A stretch of DNA of 64,000 bases from Oscillospiraceae bacterium. Lineage in GTDB: Bacteria; Bacillota; Clostridia; Oscillospirales; UBA929. The DNA is taken from positions 38 through 64,037 of the forward strand of contig JAVBTT010000024.1 in assembly GCA_031556035.1 (NCBI GenBank), in the 5' to 3' direction. The translations under genes were made by a program, and so were the position numbers. The notes beneath the pieces are model-generated. The model was not told the origin of the DNA. It ran no database searches and saw only the letters and a program-made list of their open reading frames with translations. Positions 17,934 through 30,821 of the stretch are shown here, piece by piece. Positions within the stretch are counted from its first letter, which is position 1, and every line of letters begins with the position of its first letter.

Positions 17934-18659
17934 ATGTTATCCACCGTGCTGTCCTGTGCGCGTATTGTCGCGCACACATTCGACCTGCGCATAAGCTTTG
18001 AGGGAGCGGTAGCCCGTCCCGGGCAGTTTTTGCACATAAAATGCGGGCACAGCCGCCTTTTGCGCCGTCCTATAAGCCTTTGCGGCGTTGAGGACAGAGT
18101 CGCGAGGCTTGTTTTCGCGGTAAAGGGCGACGGGACGCGCTGGCTTGCCGGACGCAAGCCCGGGGATTCACTTGACGTGATGGGGCCGCTCGGGAACGGC
18201 TTTGAGCCGATTGACGACGCTCCCGTCCTGCTTGTCGGAGGGGGAATCGGTGTGCCTCCGCTGCTGTTTGCAGCAAAAGCCGCGAAAGCCGAAACTCACG
18301 CGCTGCTTGGCTTTCGCTCATCCGAACATGTTTGTCTGGCCAGTGAATTCCCATCAATGACGCTCTTTACCGACGACGGCAGCGCCGGAATACATGGTTA
18401 CCCACATAATGAACTGATGAAGCTTCTCGATAGTGGGAAATGGGGCTCGGTTTTTGCCTGCGGGCCCCATCCTCTCCTTCGTTCCGCCGCGAAAATATGC
18501 GCCGAGGCGGGTGTGGCGTGCTTTGTGTCCATGGAGGAACGCATGGGCTGCGGCACGGGGGCCTGTCTCGTCTGCGCGTGCGCGGTCGGGGGGACTTACA
18601 GGCGAGTGTGCAGGGACGGCCCTGTATTCAACGCGGCGGAGGTGAACTGGAATGGCTGA
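17934..18659 (+). CDS. pyrK: Dihydroorotate dehydrogenase electron transfer subunit
   Basis: PGQF, RRPIS, GPLGNGF, GGGIG, MGCGTGACLVC...VCRDGPVF. Confidence 0.92.
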   Translation: MLSTVLSCARIVAHTFDLRISFEGAVARPGQFLHIKCGHSRLLRRPISLCGVEDRVARLVFAVKGDGTRWLAGRKPGDSLDVMGPLGNGFEPIDDAPVLLVGGGIGVPPLLFAAKAAKAETHALLGFRSSEHVCLASEFPSMTLFTDDGSAGIHGYPHNELMKLLDSGKWGSVFACGPHPLLRSAAKICAEAGVACFVSMEERMGCGTGACLVCACAVGGTYRRVCRDGPVFNAAEVNWNG

Positions 18660-19569
18660 CATGAGAGTGAATATTGCCGGGGTAACGCTGAAAAACCCGA
18701 TTGTCGCCGTCTCCGGAACCTTCGGCTTCGGGCGTGAGTACGATGAGTATTTCGACATCTCACGGCTGGGGGGGATCTGCGTAAAGGGGCTGACGCTTCG
18801 CCAGCGCGACGGGAATCCGCCTCCGCGCATCGCGGAGACTCCGTCCGGCTGCCTGAACAGCGTGGGCCTGCAAAACCCCGGCATTGAGGCGTTTCTGCGC
18901 GACGAGCTTCCTTTTTTGAGGCTGCGGGACGTCGCCGTGATTGCGAATATCTCTGGCAACACTATTGAGGAATATGCCGAAATGGCAAGGCTCCTTGGCA
19001 GCGCAGCCGATATCATAGAGGTCAACATCTCCTGCCCCAACATACATGAGGGCGGGCTGAACTTTGGCGCGACCGAGCGCGGCGCGGCCTGCGTGACCGA
19101 GGCTGTTGCTAAAAACGCGAAGACGCCCGTTATGGTCAAGCTCTCCCCGAATGTGACCGATATCGCCTCAATCGCCCGCGCCTGTGACTCAAGCGGCGCC
19201 GACGCGCTGTCCCTCATCAACACTCTGCTGGGCATGCGCATTGACACCGAGACCCGCCGTCCTGTGCTTCGCAATAACATCGGGGGCCTGTCAGGCCCGG
19301 CCGTGCTGCCGGTCGCCCTGCGCGCGGTGTGGCAGGTATCAACGGCGGTGAAGCTGCCAATCCTAGGCATGGGCGGGGTTTCAACCCCCGGGGACGCTGT
19401 CGAAATGCTGCTGGCCGGGGCGAGCGCCGTAGGGGTGGGCACCGCGATGTTTGCCGATCCGTATGCGCCGATGAAAATTCTGCACGGGCTTGAGCAGTAC
19501 GCGGATTCGCGCGGCGTTGGAGCGATATCTGCGCTCACCGGAGCCGTGAAAACCTGGGGGTCGCCATGA
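18652..19569 (+). CDS. pyrD: Dihydroorotate dehydrogenase B catalytic subunit
   Basis: SGTFG, NSVGLQNPG, NISCPN, KLSPNV, GGLSG. Confidence 0.93.
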   Translation: MADMRVNIAGVTLKNPIVAVSGTFGFGREYDEYFDISRLGGICVKGLTLRQRDGNPPPRIAETPSGCLNSVGLQNPGIEAFLRDELPFLRLRDVAVIANISGNTIEEYAEMARLLGSAADIIEVNISCPNIHEGGLNFGATERGAACVTEAVAKNAKTPVMVKLSPNVTDIASIARACDSSGADALSLINTLLGMRIDTETRRPVLRNNIGGLSGPAVLPVALRAVWQVSTAVKLPILGMGGVSTPGDAVEMLLAGASAVGVGTAMFADPYAPMKILHGLEQYADSRGVGAISALTGAVKTWGSP

Positions 19570-20693
19570 CAAGGCTCTACATCATACGGCACGCCGAGGC
19601 CGAGGGAAACCTGTACCGCCGCTGCCACGGCCAGTACGACGGAAAAATCACCGAAAACGGCCATGAGCAGATTGCCCTGCTGCGAGGCCGCTGCGCGGAT
19701 TTACAGGTGGACGCGCTCTATTCAAGCGACCTGTCGCGCACCAGGGCGACAGCAGGAGCGCTAGCCCGGCCCGGACTTGCGCTCAACACCCGCCCCGGCC
19801 TGCGCGAGATCGGGCTGGGCGTCTGGGAGGATATGCCCTGGGGGCAGGTTACGCGCGAGTACCCCGAGCAGTACGAGGCGTTTTCCAGAGGCTTCGGATT
19901 CAAGCTCAAAGGGGCTGAGACCTGCGAGAGGGTGCGGGAGCGCATGCTGAACGAGGTTAGCGCTATCGCGGCCGCCCATCCGGGGAAAACGGTTGCCGTT
20001 GTGTCGCATGGCATGGCGATAAGGCTGCTGCTTTGTGCGCTGGCCGGCCTGCCCATTGAGGATACCGTGAAAACCCCGCATGTGGACAATGCGTCAATGA
20101 CTGAGATATTTTGGGGCAAGAGCCTGGAGATAGTCAGCTTGGGCGAGAGTGACTATCTGGGCGGCCTCTCCACCTTTCGCCGACAGAGCTGGTGGCGCGG
20201 GGGCGACCATCCTCCGGATGTAAACCTCTGGTTCCGAGCTCCCGTATTTCCCAAGGATACCGCGATAGTCATGGCTCTGAAGCGCGAGGCTTGGATGTCT
20301 GTTTACCACACCACGGAGGGCTTCGACGGCGCCATGATGGAGTCCGAGCTGCTGGGTCATGCGGCGCTCGACCCGCTCGCCGTCCGGGTGGCGATGCTCG
20401 GGGAAGGCGAGGCGGGGCTTTTGCAGTTGGCGCCGGACGCGGAATGTGCGCCCGACGAGCGCCATATCTCACTGTTTTATCTGCGCGAGGAGCTCTGCAA
20501 CCGGGGGCTGGGCGCGCAGCTGCTCGGAGAAGCGGTCTCTGCCGCCAGAAAAGCCGGAAAATCCGCGCTCAGACTTCGGGTATGGGAAAAAAACGTACGC
20601 GCACTGGCGTTTTATACCAAGCACGGCTTCAGGCAGAGGGATATACAGCAGGGGATGTTCGGAAATCTGCTGATTTTGCGCAAGGAGATATAA
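19566..20693 (+). CDS. Histidine phosphatase (PGAM family)-GNAT acetyltransferase fusion
   Basis: RHAEAEGN and VSHG; C-terminal NRGLGAQLL...NVRALAFYTKHGF. Confidence 0.85.
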   Translation: MTRLYIIRHAEAEGNLYRRCHGQYDGKITENGHEQIALLRGRCADLQVDALYSSDLSRTRATAGALARPGLALNTRPGLREIGLGVWEDMPWGQVTREYPEQYEAFSRGFGFKLKGAETCERVRERMLNEVSAIAAAHPGKTVAVVSHGMAIRLLLCALAGLPIEDTVKTPHVDNASMTEIFWGKSLEIVSLGESDYLGGLSTFRRQSWWRGGDHPPDVNLWFRAPVFPKDTAIVMALKREAWMSVYHTTEGFDGAMMESELLGHAALDPLAVRVAMLGEGEAGLLQLAPDAECAPDERHISLFYLREELCNRGLGAQLLGEAVSAARKAGKSALRLRVWEKNVRALAFYTKHGFRQRDIQQGMFGNLLILRKEI

Positions 20694-22514
20694 GTGCTTA
20701 TTTTTGACGGTTCGGTTCAGGCGGATTTCCTTCTCGTGACGGGTGACGCGTATGTCGACCACCCGAGCTTCGGCGCGGCGATTATAGCGCGCGTTGTGGA
20801 GGGTGCGGGCTTTTCGGTAGCGGTGCTGTCCCAGCCCCGCTGGGACGGTACGGAGGATTTTCTCGCGTTTCAGCGGCCGAGACTGGGGCTGCTGGTCACG
20901 TCCGGCAATATCGACTCAATGGTCTCGCACTACACCGCCGCCAAAAAGCGCCGCTCGGAGGACGTGTACTCCCCCGGCGGCGTCCCCGGCAAGCGCCCCG
21001 ACCGCGCCTGCATCGTTTACGCGAGTCTCGCCAAGTCCGCATTTCCAGGCCTGCCCGTGATCATGGGCGGGCTGGAGGCATCTCTCCGGCGTTTTGCGCA
21101 CTATGACTTTTGGGATGACCGGGTGCGCCGCTCGATTCTGTTTGATGCAAAGGCCGATCTGATTGTCTACGGCATGGGCGAGCGGGCAATCCGTGAGGCC
21201 GCCGCGAGGCTCAATTCCGGGCTGCCTCTGGACGGCATACCCGGTACTTGCCGCGCCTCCAAAACGCTGCCGGAAGGCGCCGCCGTCTGCCCCTCCTTTG
21301 AGGAGGTCAGGGATAACAAACGCGCCTACGCCGAGGCCACAGCGCTGCAATACGCCGAGCACGACCCGGTGCGCGGAAAAATCCTGGCGCAGAAGCACGG
21401 AAGCCGGTTCCTCGTCTGCGAAAAGCCGGCCGCGCCGCTGAGCACGCGGGAGATGGACGAGGTGTACGCTCTGCCGTTTACCAGAAAGCCGATCCCGGAG
21501 GCGGACATCCCCGCCACCCGTGAGGTGCAGTTCTCGCTGACGCACAACCGCGGCTGCTTCGGCGGCTGCCATTTTTGCGCTCTGGCCTTCCATCAGGGGC
21601 GCATGATTTCTACCAGAAGTGAGGAATCGCTCATAAGGGAGGCAGAAATCCTTGTAGAAGCCCGTGATTTCAAGGGCTACATCCACGACGTCGGCGGCCC
21701 CACCGCCAACATGCGCCATCCGTCCTGCCGCGAGCAGCAGGGACGCGGTATGTGTAAGCGCAATTGCCTGACGCCAAAGCCCTGCCCCAAGCTTGACACG
21801 TCGCACAGGGATTATCTGCGCCTTCTGCGCCGCCTGCGCGCTCTGCCGGGGATCAAAAAGGTATTCGTACGCTCTGGGATACGCTTCGACTATCTGATGC
21901 TGGACCAGTCCGGAGCCTGCTTTGCCGAGCTGGTTGAGCACCACATCTCGGGGCAGCTCAAGGTCGCGCCAGAGCACTGCGTCGACGGGGTGCTGGATCT
22001 GATGGGCAAGCCCCGCTGGGAAACCTTCCTGAAATTTGAAACGCTGTATCAACGGCTTAACAAGCGGGCGGGCAAGCAGCAGTACCTGGTGCCCTATCTG
22101 ATATCCTCGCACCCGGGCTCGACGCTGGCCGACGCGGTGAAGCTGGCCGAGACTCTGCACCGCATGGGGCGCAGGGTGGAGCAGGTGCAGGACTTTTACC
22201 CGACTCCTGGTACGATATCCACCTGCATGTACCATACGGGCATCAACCCGCTCAGCGGACAGCCCGTATACGTGCCAAAAACACCGAGGGAAAAGGCTAT
22301 GCAGCGTGCGTTGCTGCAATGGTCCAACTCCAAAAACCGGGGCTTGGTGGAGGCCGCGCTTAGGGAAGCAGGCCGCGAGGATTTGATCGGCTACGGCAAG
22401 GGCTGCCTGATACGCCCTCGAGGGAGGCCTACCGCTGACGGGGCGAAAAGGAAAGCAGCTTCCCCGGCGAAGGGGGAGCAAGTCCGGCACAAGAAAAAAT
22501 TATTGCATAAATAA
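20694..22514 (+). CDS. YgiQ-family radical SAM protein
   Basis: [30 protein letters not shown]. Confidence 0.9.
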   Translation: MLIFDGSVQADFLLVTGDAYVDHPSFGAAIIARVVEGAGFSVAVLSQPRWDGTEDFLAFQRPRLGLLVTSGNIDSMVSHYTAAKKRRSEDVYSPGGVPGKRPDRACIVYASLAKSAFPGLPVIMGGLEASLRRFAHYDFWDDRVRRSILFDAKADLIVYGMGERAIREAAARLNSGLPLDGIPGTCRASKTLPEGAAVCPSFEEVRDNKRAYAEATALQYAEHDPVRGKILAQKHGSRFLVCEKPAAPLSTREMDEVYALPFTRKPIPEADIPATREVQFSLTHNRGCFGGCHFCALAFHQGRMISTRSEESLIREAEILVEARDFKGYIHDVGGPTANMRHPSCREQQGRGMCKRNCLTPKPCPKLDTSHRDYLRLLRRLRALPGIKKVFVRSGIRFDYLMLDQSGACFAELVEHHISGQLKVAPEHCVDGVLDLMGKPRWETFLKFETLYQRLNKRAGKQQYLVPYLISSHPGSTLADAVKLAETLHRMGRRVEQVQDFYPTPGTISTCMYHTGINPLSGQPVYVPKTPREKAMQRALLQWSNSKNRGLVEAALREAGREDLIGYGKGCLIRPRGRPTADGAKRKAASPAKGEQVRHKKKLLHK

Positions 22515-22540
22515 AACTTGGTATTGCATTTTTATTCACA
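22502..22540 (+). promoter_or_regulatory. Tandem ARG boxes (ArgR operator) upstream of argG
   Basis: TGCATAAATAAAAC at 22504 and TGCATTTTTATTCA at 22525, 21-bp period as in canonical paired ARG boxes. Confidence 0.7.
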
Positions 22541-22581
22541 AAGTGTTATTATCAAATAAAACTTGTGAGGAGTATAACGCC

Positions 22582-23789
<1,208 letters not shown>

Positions 23790-23793
<4 letters not shown>

Positions 23794-23866
23794 GGACGCC
23801 CCCTTGGGCTTCCCGCCGTTCTTTTATTTTTTATAAATTTTGGGGCGCGAGGGCGGCGTCCCCTAC
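23790..23866. repeat. GTAG-type REP doublet (REPIN-like)
   Basis: GTAGGGACGCCCC...GGGCGGCGTCCCCTAC; inverted relative at 56696-56776. Confidence 0.6.
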
Positions 23867-23892
23867 CGTCAACCGAAAAGGAGACGCACACA

Positions 23893-25268
<1,376 letters not shown>

Positions 25269-25272
<4 letters not shown>

Positions 25273-26156
25273 TTTCAGTATTCATCGACGGCCGGGAGGG
25301 TACCACCGGCCTGCAAATAGAGGAGCGTCTGAGGAATACGCCCGGCGTGAGGCTTCTAGACATCGCGCCGGAGCTGCGCAAGGACGAAAGCGAGCGAAAA
25401 AGGCTTCTGAATCAGGCGGACTGCGTTTTTCTGTGCCTTCCTGACGCAGCGGCGCGTCAGGCTGTCTCGTTTGTGGAGAACCCTTCAACCGTGGTCATCG
25501 ACGCCTCCACGGCGCACCGGACCGATCCGGCCTGGGCGTACGGCTTTCCAGAGCTTTCGCCCGCGCACGAGGAAGCGGTGAGGACATCGATGCGCATCGC
25601 GGTGCCGGGCTGCCACGCCAGCGGCTTTTGCGCGATTGTTTATCCTCTGGTTTCGCGCGGAGCGATTTCCCCCGACGCCCGGCTGACCTGCACATCTTTA
25701 AGCGGCTACAGCGGCGGAGGCAAGGCCATGATTGCCTCATACGAGGGCGAAAACCCGCCGCGCGGCGCCCGCCCCTACGCGCTGGGGCTGACCCACAAGC
25801 ACCTGCCTGAGATGACGTCGGTGTGCGGGCTTGAGTATCCGCCGGTTTTTCAGCCTATTGTCGCGCCGGTGCGGCAGGGAATGCTGGTCTCGGTTCCGCT
25901 GTTTATTGACGCGGAGTTTATACACAGCGTTTTGGAAAGCCACTATGCGCACGGCGGCAATGTGGCAGTGATGCCGCTGGGCGAGTCTCCCGACGGTTCG
26001 GTCATGGAGATGGAGGCCTTGAACGGCACGGACAGGCTGGAGATTTACGTTTTCGGGCATTCGACGCAGGCGCTTGTGATGGCAAAGCTCGACAACCTGG
26101 GCAAGGGAGCCTCCGGCGCGGCGGCGCAGTGCATGAAGCTGAGGTTTGGGCTGTAG
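25269..26156 (+). CDS. argC: N-acetyl-gamma-glutamyl-phosphate reductase (type 2)
   Basis: IDGREGTTGL, PGCHASG, DNLGKGASGAA. Confidence 0.93.
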
Positions 26157-26157
26157 G

Positions 26158-26334
26158 AAGAGCGGAGCCCCCGCGTGTGAGCAAAAATCCTAGGAGCGAT
26201 TGCAAGATTGCGACGACGGATTTTTGCGAACTGCGCGAAGAATCCGGCTGGAGCCCGCCAAAGGCGGGCGAAGGCGGATTTGGAGCGCAAGCGGGGGCGG
26301 GAGCTTGACATCATCGAAGAGCGGAGCCGGGCGG
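26158..26334 (+). repeat. Family-A structured repeat, copy 2, with restart
   Basis: AAGAGCGGAGCC (26158)...GGGAGCTTGACA (26310)-TCATCG-AAGAGCGGAGCCGGGC. Confidence 0.75.
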
Positions 26335-26407
26335 CGTTCGGACTCCGCCGTCAGACGGCTTACCTGGGCATATGAGTTTTACGCTTTGGAAAGGTACGGG
26401 CATAAAT

Positions 26408-27622
26408 ATGAGAGAGATCACAGGCGGAGTTTGCGCCGCCAAGGGTTTTTCCGCTGCGGGAGTTCACTGCGGCATACGCAAGAACACACAAAAGCGTGAT
26501 CTGGCGCTGATCCTCGCCTCCGTGGAGTGCGCGGCGGCGGCGGTATACACCACCAATCTCGTCAAGGCCGCGCCCATACTGGTGACTATGCGAAACCTTG
26601 AAAACGGCCGCGCCCGGGCGATAATGGCCAACTCGGGTGTCGCGAACGCCTGCGCACCCGGAGGGGCCGAGGCCGCGCGGCGCTCCTGCGAGGCTCTGGC
26701 CGCCGAGCTGGGTATCGGGCCGGACGAGATCGTCGTGAACTCCACCGGCGTAATCGGCGTACCCCTCCCGGTCGAGAGGATGGAGGCCGCAATGCCCGCG
26801 CTGAGGGCCGCGCTGTCCGGGGAGGGCGGCGACATAGCCGCCGAGGCGATAATGACGACCGACACGGTTCCCAAGCAGGCCGCCGTGCAGGTCGAGATTG
26901 GCGGCAAAACAGTCACGGTGGGGGGCATGGCCAAGGGAAGCGGCATGATCCACCCCAATATGGCCACCATGCTGGCCTTTGTCACGACAGACTGCGCGAT
27001 TTCCCCGGAGCTGCTCCGGGAAGCGCTGCGCCGCTCGGCCGTCGTCACCTACAACCGCATCAGCGTGGACGGCGACACCTCCACGAACGATATGACCGCG
27101 ATACTCGCCTCGGGGCTGGCCGAAAATCCCGAGATCACCGAAAAGGGCGAGGATTACGAGAAGTTTCTTGACGCCCTCAACCATGTAAACGGCGCTCTTG
27201 CCCGCATGATCGCCCGGGACGGCGAGGGGGCCACCCGGCTTGTCCGCTGCGCCGTGCGCGGGGCGAGGAGCGAGGAGGACGCGGAGAGACTGTCAATGAG
27301 CGTGATTTCGTCGTCGCTTGTCAAGGCCGCGATGTTCGGCGCGGACGCGAACTGGGGGCGTGTGCTGTGCGCTCTGGGCTACTCCGGGGTGTCTTTTAAG
27401 CCGGAGCTGGTCGACGTCTCGTTCAGCTCCGCCGCCGGGGAAATCCAGGTTTGCAGGGACGGAGCGGGTCTTGCCTTCGACGAGGCCAGGGCCAAGGAGA
27501 TACTGCTCATGGATGAGATCGCAATTGTGTGCGACCTCAAGGACGGCGAGTACGAGGCAGAGACTTACGGCTGCGACCTGACCTACGACTATGTGAGAAT
27601 TAACGGGGATTACAGATCATGA
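26408..27622 (+). CDS. argJ: Ornithine acetyltransferase / N-acetylglutamate synthase
   Basis: STGVIG, MTTDT, KGSGMIHPNMATML, DGDTSTND, DANWGR. Confidence 0.95.
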   Translation: MREITGGVCAAKGFSAAGVHCGIRKNTQKRDLALILASVECAAAAVYTTNLVKAAPILVTMRNLENGRARAIMANSGVANACAPGGAEAARRSCEALAAELGIGPDEIVVNSTGVIGVPLPVERMEAAMPALRAALSGEGGDIAAEAIMTTDTVPKQAAVQVEIGGKTVTVGGMAKGSGMIHPNMATMLAFVTTDCAISPELLREALRRSAVVTYNRISVDGDTSTNDMTAILASGLAENPEITEKGEDYEKFLDALNHVNGALARMIARDGEGATRLVRCAVRGARSEEDAERLSMSVISSSLVKAAMFGADANWGRVLCALGYSGVSFKPELVDVSFSSAAGEIQVCRDGAGLAFDEARAKEILLMDEIAIVCDLKDGEYEAETYGCDLTYDYVRINGDYRS

Positions 27623-28479
27623 ACGATATTGAGCGCGCGTCGGTGCTCTCCGAGGCGCTGCCGTATATACGGCGGTACAATGGCAAGACGATTGTGATAA
27701 AATACGGCGGCAACGCGATGCAGTCCGAGGAGCTCAAGCGGGCCGTCATCTCCGACATCGTGCTGCTCTCTCTGGTGGGTGTGCGGGTGGTGGTCGTGCA
27801 CGGCGGGGGCCCGGAGATCAACTCCGTTTTGGACGCGATGGGCATGGAGTCCAGATTTGTAAACGGACTGCGCTACACGGACGAGTCCACGATGGACGTC
27901 GTGCAGATGGTGCTGGCCGGCAAGGTGGGCAAGGAGCTTGTGTCGCTCATAACGGCGTCAGGCGGCAAGGCTGTGGGGCTCAGCGGGCTGGACGGCTCGC
28001 TCTTCTCGGCTGTGAGGCTCTCCGGAGGCGTTGACTACGGTCTGGTCGGGGACATCAAGTCCGTGAACCCCGCCGTGCTGAACATGGCGCTCGGGGGCGG
28101 CTTCATTCCGGTTGTCTCCACCGTGGCCCGCGGCGTTGACGCTGACACAAGCTATAACATCAACGCGGACACGGCGGCGGCCGAGCTGGCCGTCGCGCTG
28201 GGCGCGGAGAAGCTGATTTTGCTGACCGACGTGCGCGGGCTCTGCCGTGACCCGAAGGACGAGTCCACAATCATTCCGGTCGTGACGCTGTCCGACGTCC
28301 CCTCACTTATAAAGTCCGGCGTGATCTCCGGCGGCATGATCCCCAAGCTGGACTGCTGCGTCAGGGCGATAAGGCTCGGGGTGTCCCGGGCGCACATCCT
28401 GGACGGGCGGATATCGCACTCGATTTTAATTGAGACGCTGACGGATTCGGGTATAGGGACGATGATTGTCGCGGATTGA
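27619..28479 (+). CDS. argB: Acetylglutamate kinase
   Basis: KYGGNAM, VHGGGPEI, NINAD, GGMIPK. Confidence 0.95.
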   Translation: MNDIERASVLSEALPYIRRYNGKTIVIKYGGNAMQSEELKRAVISDIVLLSLVGVRVVVVHGGGPEINSVLDAMGMESRFVNGLRYTDESTMDVVQMVLAGKVGKELVSLITASGGKAVGLSGLDGSLFSAVRLSGGVDYGLVGDIKSVNPAVLNMALGGGFIPVVSTVARGVDADTSYNINADTAAAELAVALGAEKLILLTDVRGLCRDPKDESTIIPVVTLSDVPSLIKSGVISGGMIPKLDCCVRAIRLGVSRAHILDGRISHSILIETLTDSGIGTMIVAD

Positions 28480-28512
28480 AGCGCAATATCACTCCCAACA
28501 GGAGGGGCAGAC

Positions 28513-29691
28513 ATGAAGGAACACATAAAAAACCTGTACGACAGCCACATTATGAACACCTACGCCCGCTACGGGGTTTGCTTCGAGCGCGGCGAGGGCT
28601 GTACGCTTTATGATACGGATGGGAAGTCCTACATTGACTTCGCGTCCGGCATCGGGGTCAACTCCGTCGGATACGCCCATCAAAAGTGGGTCGCGGCCGT
28701 GTCGGGGCAGGCGGCAAGGCTCGCGCATGTCTCGAACCTCTACTACACCCTGCCCGGAGGGGAGCTGGCCGCGCGCCTTGGCGGGCTATCGGGAATGACG
28801 CGCGTATTTTTCTCCAACTCCGGCGCGGAGGCCAACGAGGGCATGATCAAGTGCGCGCGCAAGTATTCCTCCGACAAATACGGCAAGGGGAGGCATACCG
28901 TCGTCACCCTCGTCAACAGCTTTCACGGCCGCACGATCACAACTCTGGCCGCCACCGGCCAGGACGTGTTCCATAAAAACTTCCACCCGCTGACCGGGGG
29001 CTTTGTCCATGTGGAGATGGGGGATATCGCCGCGCTTCGGGCGATGGATGGCGGAGACGTCTGCGCCGTAATGCTCGAGCTTGTCCAGGGAGAGGGCGGA
29101 GTGCTGCCGTGCCCGCCGGAATTTTTGAGAGAGCTTGCCGCGCTGTGCGCTGAGCGCGACTGGCTGCTGTGCGCCGACGAGGTGCAGACAGGGGTTGGGC
29201 GCTGCGGGGAGTGGTTTGCCTTTCAAAAGCTTGGAGTGCAGCCTGACGTCGTCAGCTTCGCCAAGGGCATCGCGGGCGGTCTGCCGCTCGGGGGCTTCAT
29301 GACCGGAGGAAAGTGTGAGGCAGTCCTCGGCACGGGCGACCACGCCACCACGTTTGGAGCGAATCCGATCTGCTGCGCCGCCGCGCTCGCCACCTTGGAT
29401 ATTCTTGAGGCCGCTCTGCCCTCGGTCGAGATCAAGGGGGCGCGTATACGTGACGGCATACTGGGCATGAACCTGCCCATGATCAAGGGCGTTCGCGGGC
29501 TGGGCCTGATGCTGGGAATACAGGTTGCGGGCAGCCCGCGCGAGTATGTGCAGGCGCTGCTCGAGGCCGGCCTGGTCTGCCTGACGGCGGGAAGCGATAC
29601 AATCCGCCTGCTGCCGCCGCTTGTCATCTCCGAAAGCGATATAGACAGGGGACTAGGCATTTTTAAATCCACAATGGGGGGATTTGCGTGA
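28513..29691 (+). CDS. argD: Acetylornithine aminotransferase
   Basis: NSGAEANE, SFHGRT, DEVQTG, AKGIAGG, HATTFGANP. Confidence 0.93.
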   Translation: MKEHIKNLYDSHIMNTYARYGVCFERGEGCTLYDTDGKSYIDFASGIGVNSVGYAHQKWVAAVSGQAARLAHVSNLYYTLPGGELAARLGGLSGMTRVFFSNSGAEANEGMIKCARKYSSDKYGKGRHTVVTLVNSFHGRTITTLAATGQDVFHKNFHPLTGGFVHVEMGDIAALRAMDGGDVCAVMLELVQGEGGVLPCPPEFLRELAALCAERDWLLCADEVQTGVGRCGEWFAFQKLGVQPDVVSFAKGIAGGLPLGGFMTGGKCEAVLGTGDHATTFGANPICCAAALATLDILEAALPSVEIKGARIRDGILGMNLPMIKGVRGLGLMLGIQVAGSPREYVQALLEAGLVCLTAGSDTIRLLPPLVISESDIDRGLGIFKSTMGGFA

Positions 29692-30551
29692 AGCACCTTC
29701 TTAAGCTCTCCGATCTCTGCAAAAGGGAGATACTTGCCATACTCAACACAGCCGACCAGATGAAGTTCAGCCTGACGCACAGGCTTGAGAAAAAACCGCT
29801 GGCCGGAAAGACGCTGGCAATGATATTCTCACAGCCCTCGGTACGTGCGCACGTGAGCTTTGAGACCGGCATGTACCAGCTTGGAGGTCAGCCTTTGCTC
29901 ATTTCCGGCAATGACGTTTTGGGCGGGGAACCCGCCGAGGATATCGCGCGCTCTCTGTCCCGCTACGTGGACGGGATTGCTGTTCGCGCTTTTTCGCACC
30001 TGGAGACGGAGGAGCTGGCGAGCTTCTCGGCAGTGCCGGTCATCAACGGTATGACAGACCTCGCCCATCCCTGCCAGGCGCTTGCCGGCCTTATGACTAT
30101 ACGCGAAAGGTTTTCCGCGCTTGAGGACTTGAAGGTTTGCTTTGTTGGCGGCTGTGGCGGTATCTGCAATTCCCTGATTGTCGGGGCCGTCACCTGCGGC
30201 ATGAAAATCTCGGCGGCCGTGCCAGAAGGCGATCCCCATCCCGATGTTTTAAAGCTGGCCGGGAGCAAGCTGCTCCTGACTCGGAATCCTCTTGAAGCGG
30301 CCGAGGGCGCGGACGTTGTCTATACAACATCCTACTCCGGACTTCCGGACGGCTTTCAGGTAAATGGCGAACTGCTGGCCGTCGCCTCCGCCGAGGCAAT
30401 GGTGCTGCATTCCCTTCCCGTGCACCGAGGGATTGAGATTTCCGCCGAGGTCTTTGAGGCGCATTCAGCCGAGATATTTGAACAGACTGAAAACCGCCTG
30501 CACGTACAGAAGGCGGTGATGGCAATGCTGATGGGCTCGGATGAGGAATGA
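29688..30551 (+). CDS. argF: Ornithine carbamoyltransferase-like protein with degenerate active site
   Basis: OTCase fold and operon position (HPCQ, ENRLH), but STRT->SVRA, GDGNN->GGCGG, DxxxSMG missing, HCLP->HSLP. Confidence 0.75.
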   Translation: MKHLLKLSDLCKREILAILNTADQMKFSLTHRLEKKPLAGKTLAMIFSQPSVRAHVSFETGMYQLGGQPLLISGNDVLGGEPAEDIARSLSRYVDGIAVRAFSHLETEELASFSAVPVINGMTDLAHPCQALAGLMTIRERFSALEDLKVCFVGGCGGICNSLIVGAVTCGMKISAAVPEGDPHPDVLKLAGSKLLLTRNPLEAAEGADVVYTTSYSGLPDGFQVNGELLAVASAEAMVLHSLPVHRGIEISAEVFEAHSAEIFEQTENRLHVQKAVMAMLMGSDEE

Positions 30552-30600
30552 GTATGAGTTTGATTATGACGGTGAAAACGGGAAAATCAATCCAATGCTA

Positions 30601-30641
30601 ATACTAATACCTGTTTAAAACCTGACGTTCAGAAATTTTGC
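30601..30641. repeat. Solo terminus of family-B MITE
   Basis: ATACTAATACCTGTTTAAAACCTGACGTTCAGAAA. Confidence 0.55.
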
Positions 30642-30821
30642 TCACGCGCGGGGGCTCCGCTATTCGGTGATGTCAAGCTGCGCTCCCCGCTTGCGCTCCG
30701 GCTTTGCCTGCGGCCCCTTCGGGGCCTCCGCCAAACGCCTGTGCGCAGCTCGCAAAAATCCCGCGTCGCGACCTAAAGGTCGCTCCTTGGATTTTTGCTC
30801 ACGCGCGGGGGCTCCGCTATT
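30635..30821 (-). repeat. Family-A structured repeat, copy 3, with restart
   Basis: Minus strand: AATAGCGGAGCC...GCAGCTTGACA-TCACCG-AATAGCGGAGCCCCCGCGCGTGAGCAAAA. Confidence 0.75.

Noticed and set aside
26158-26350. Possible T-box leader before argJ
   Set aside because: No T-box (GGTGG.ACC) sequence; the region belongs to repeat family A
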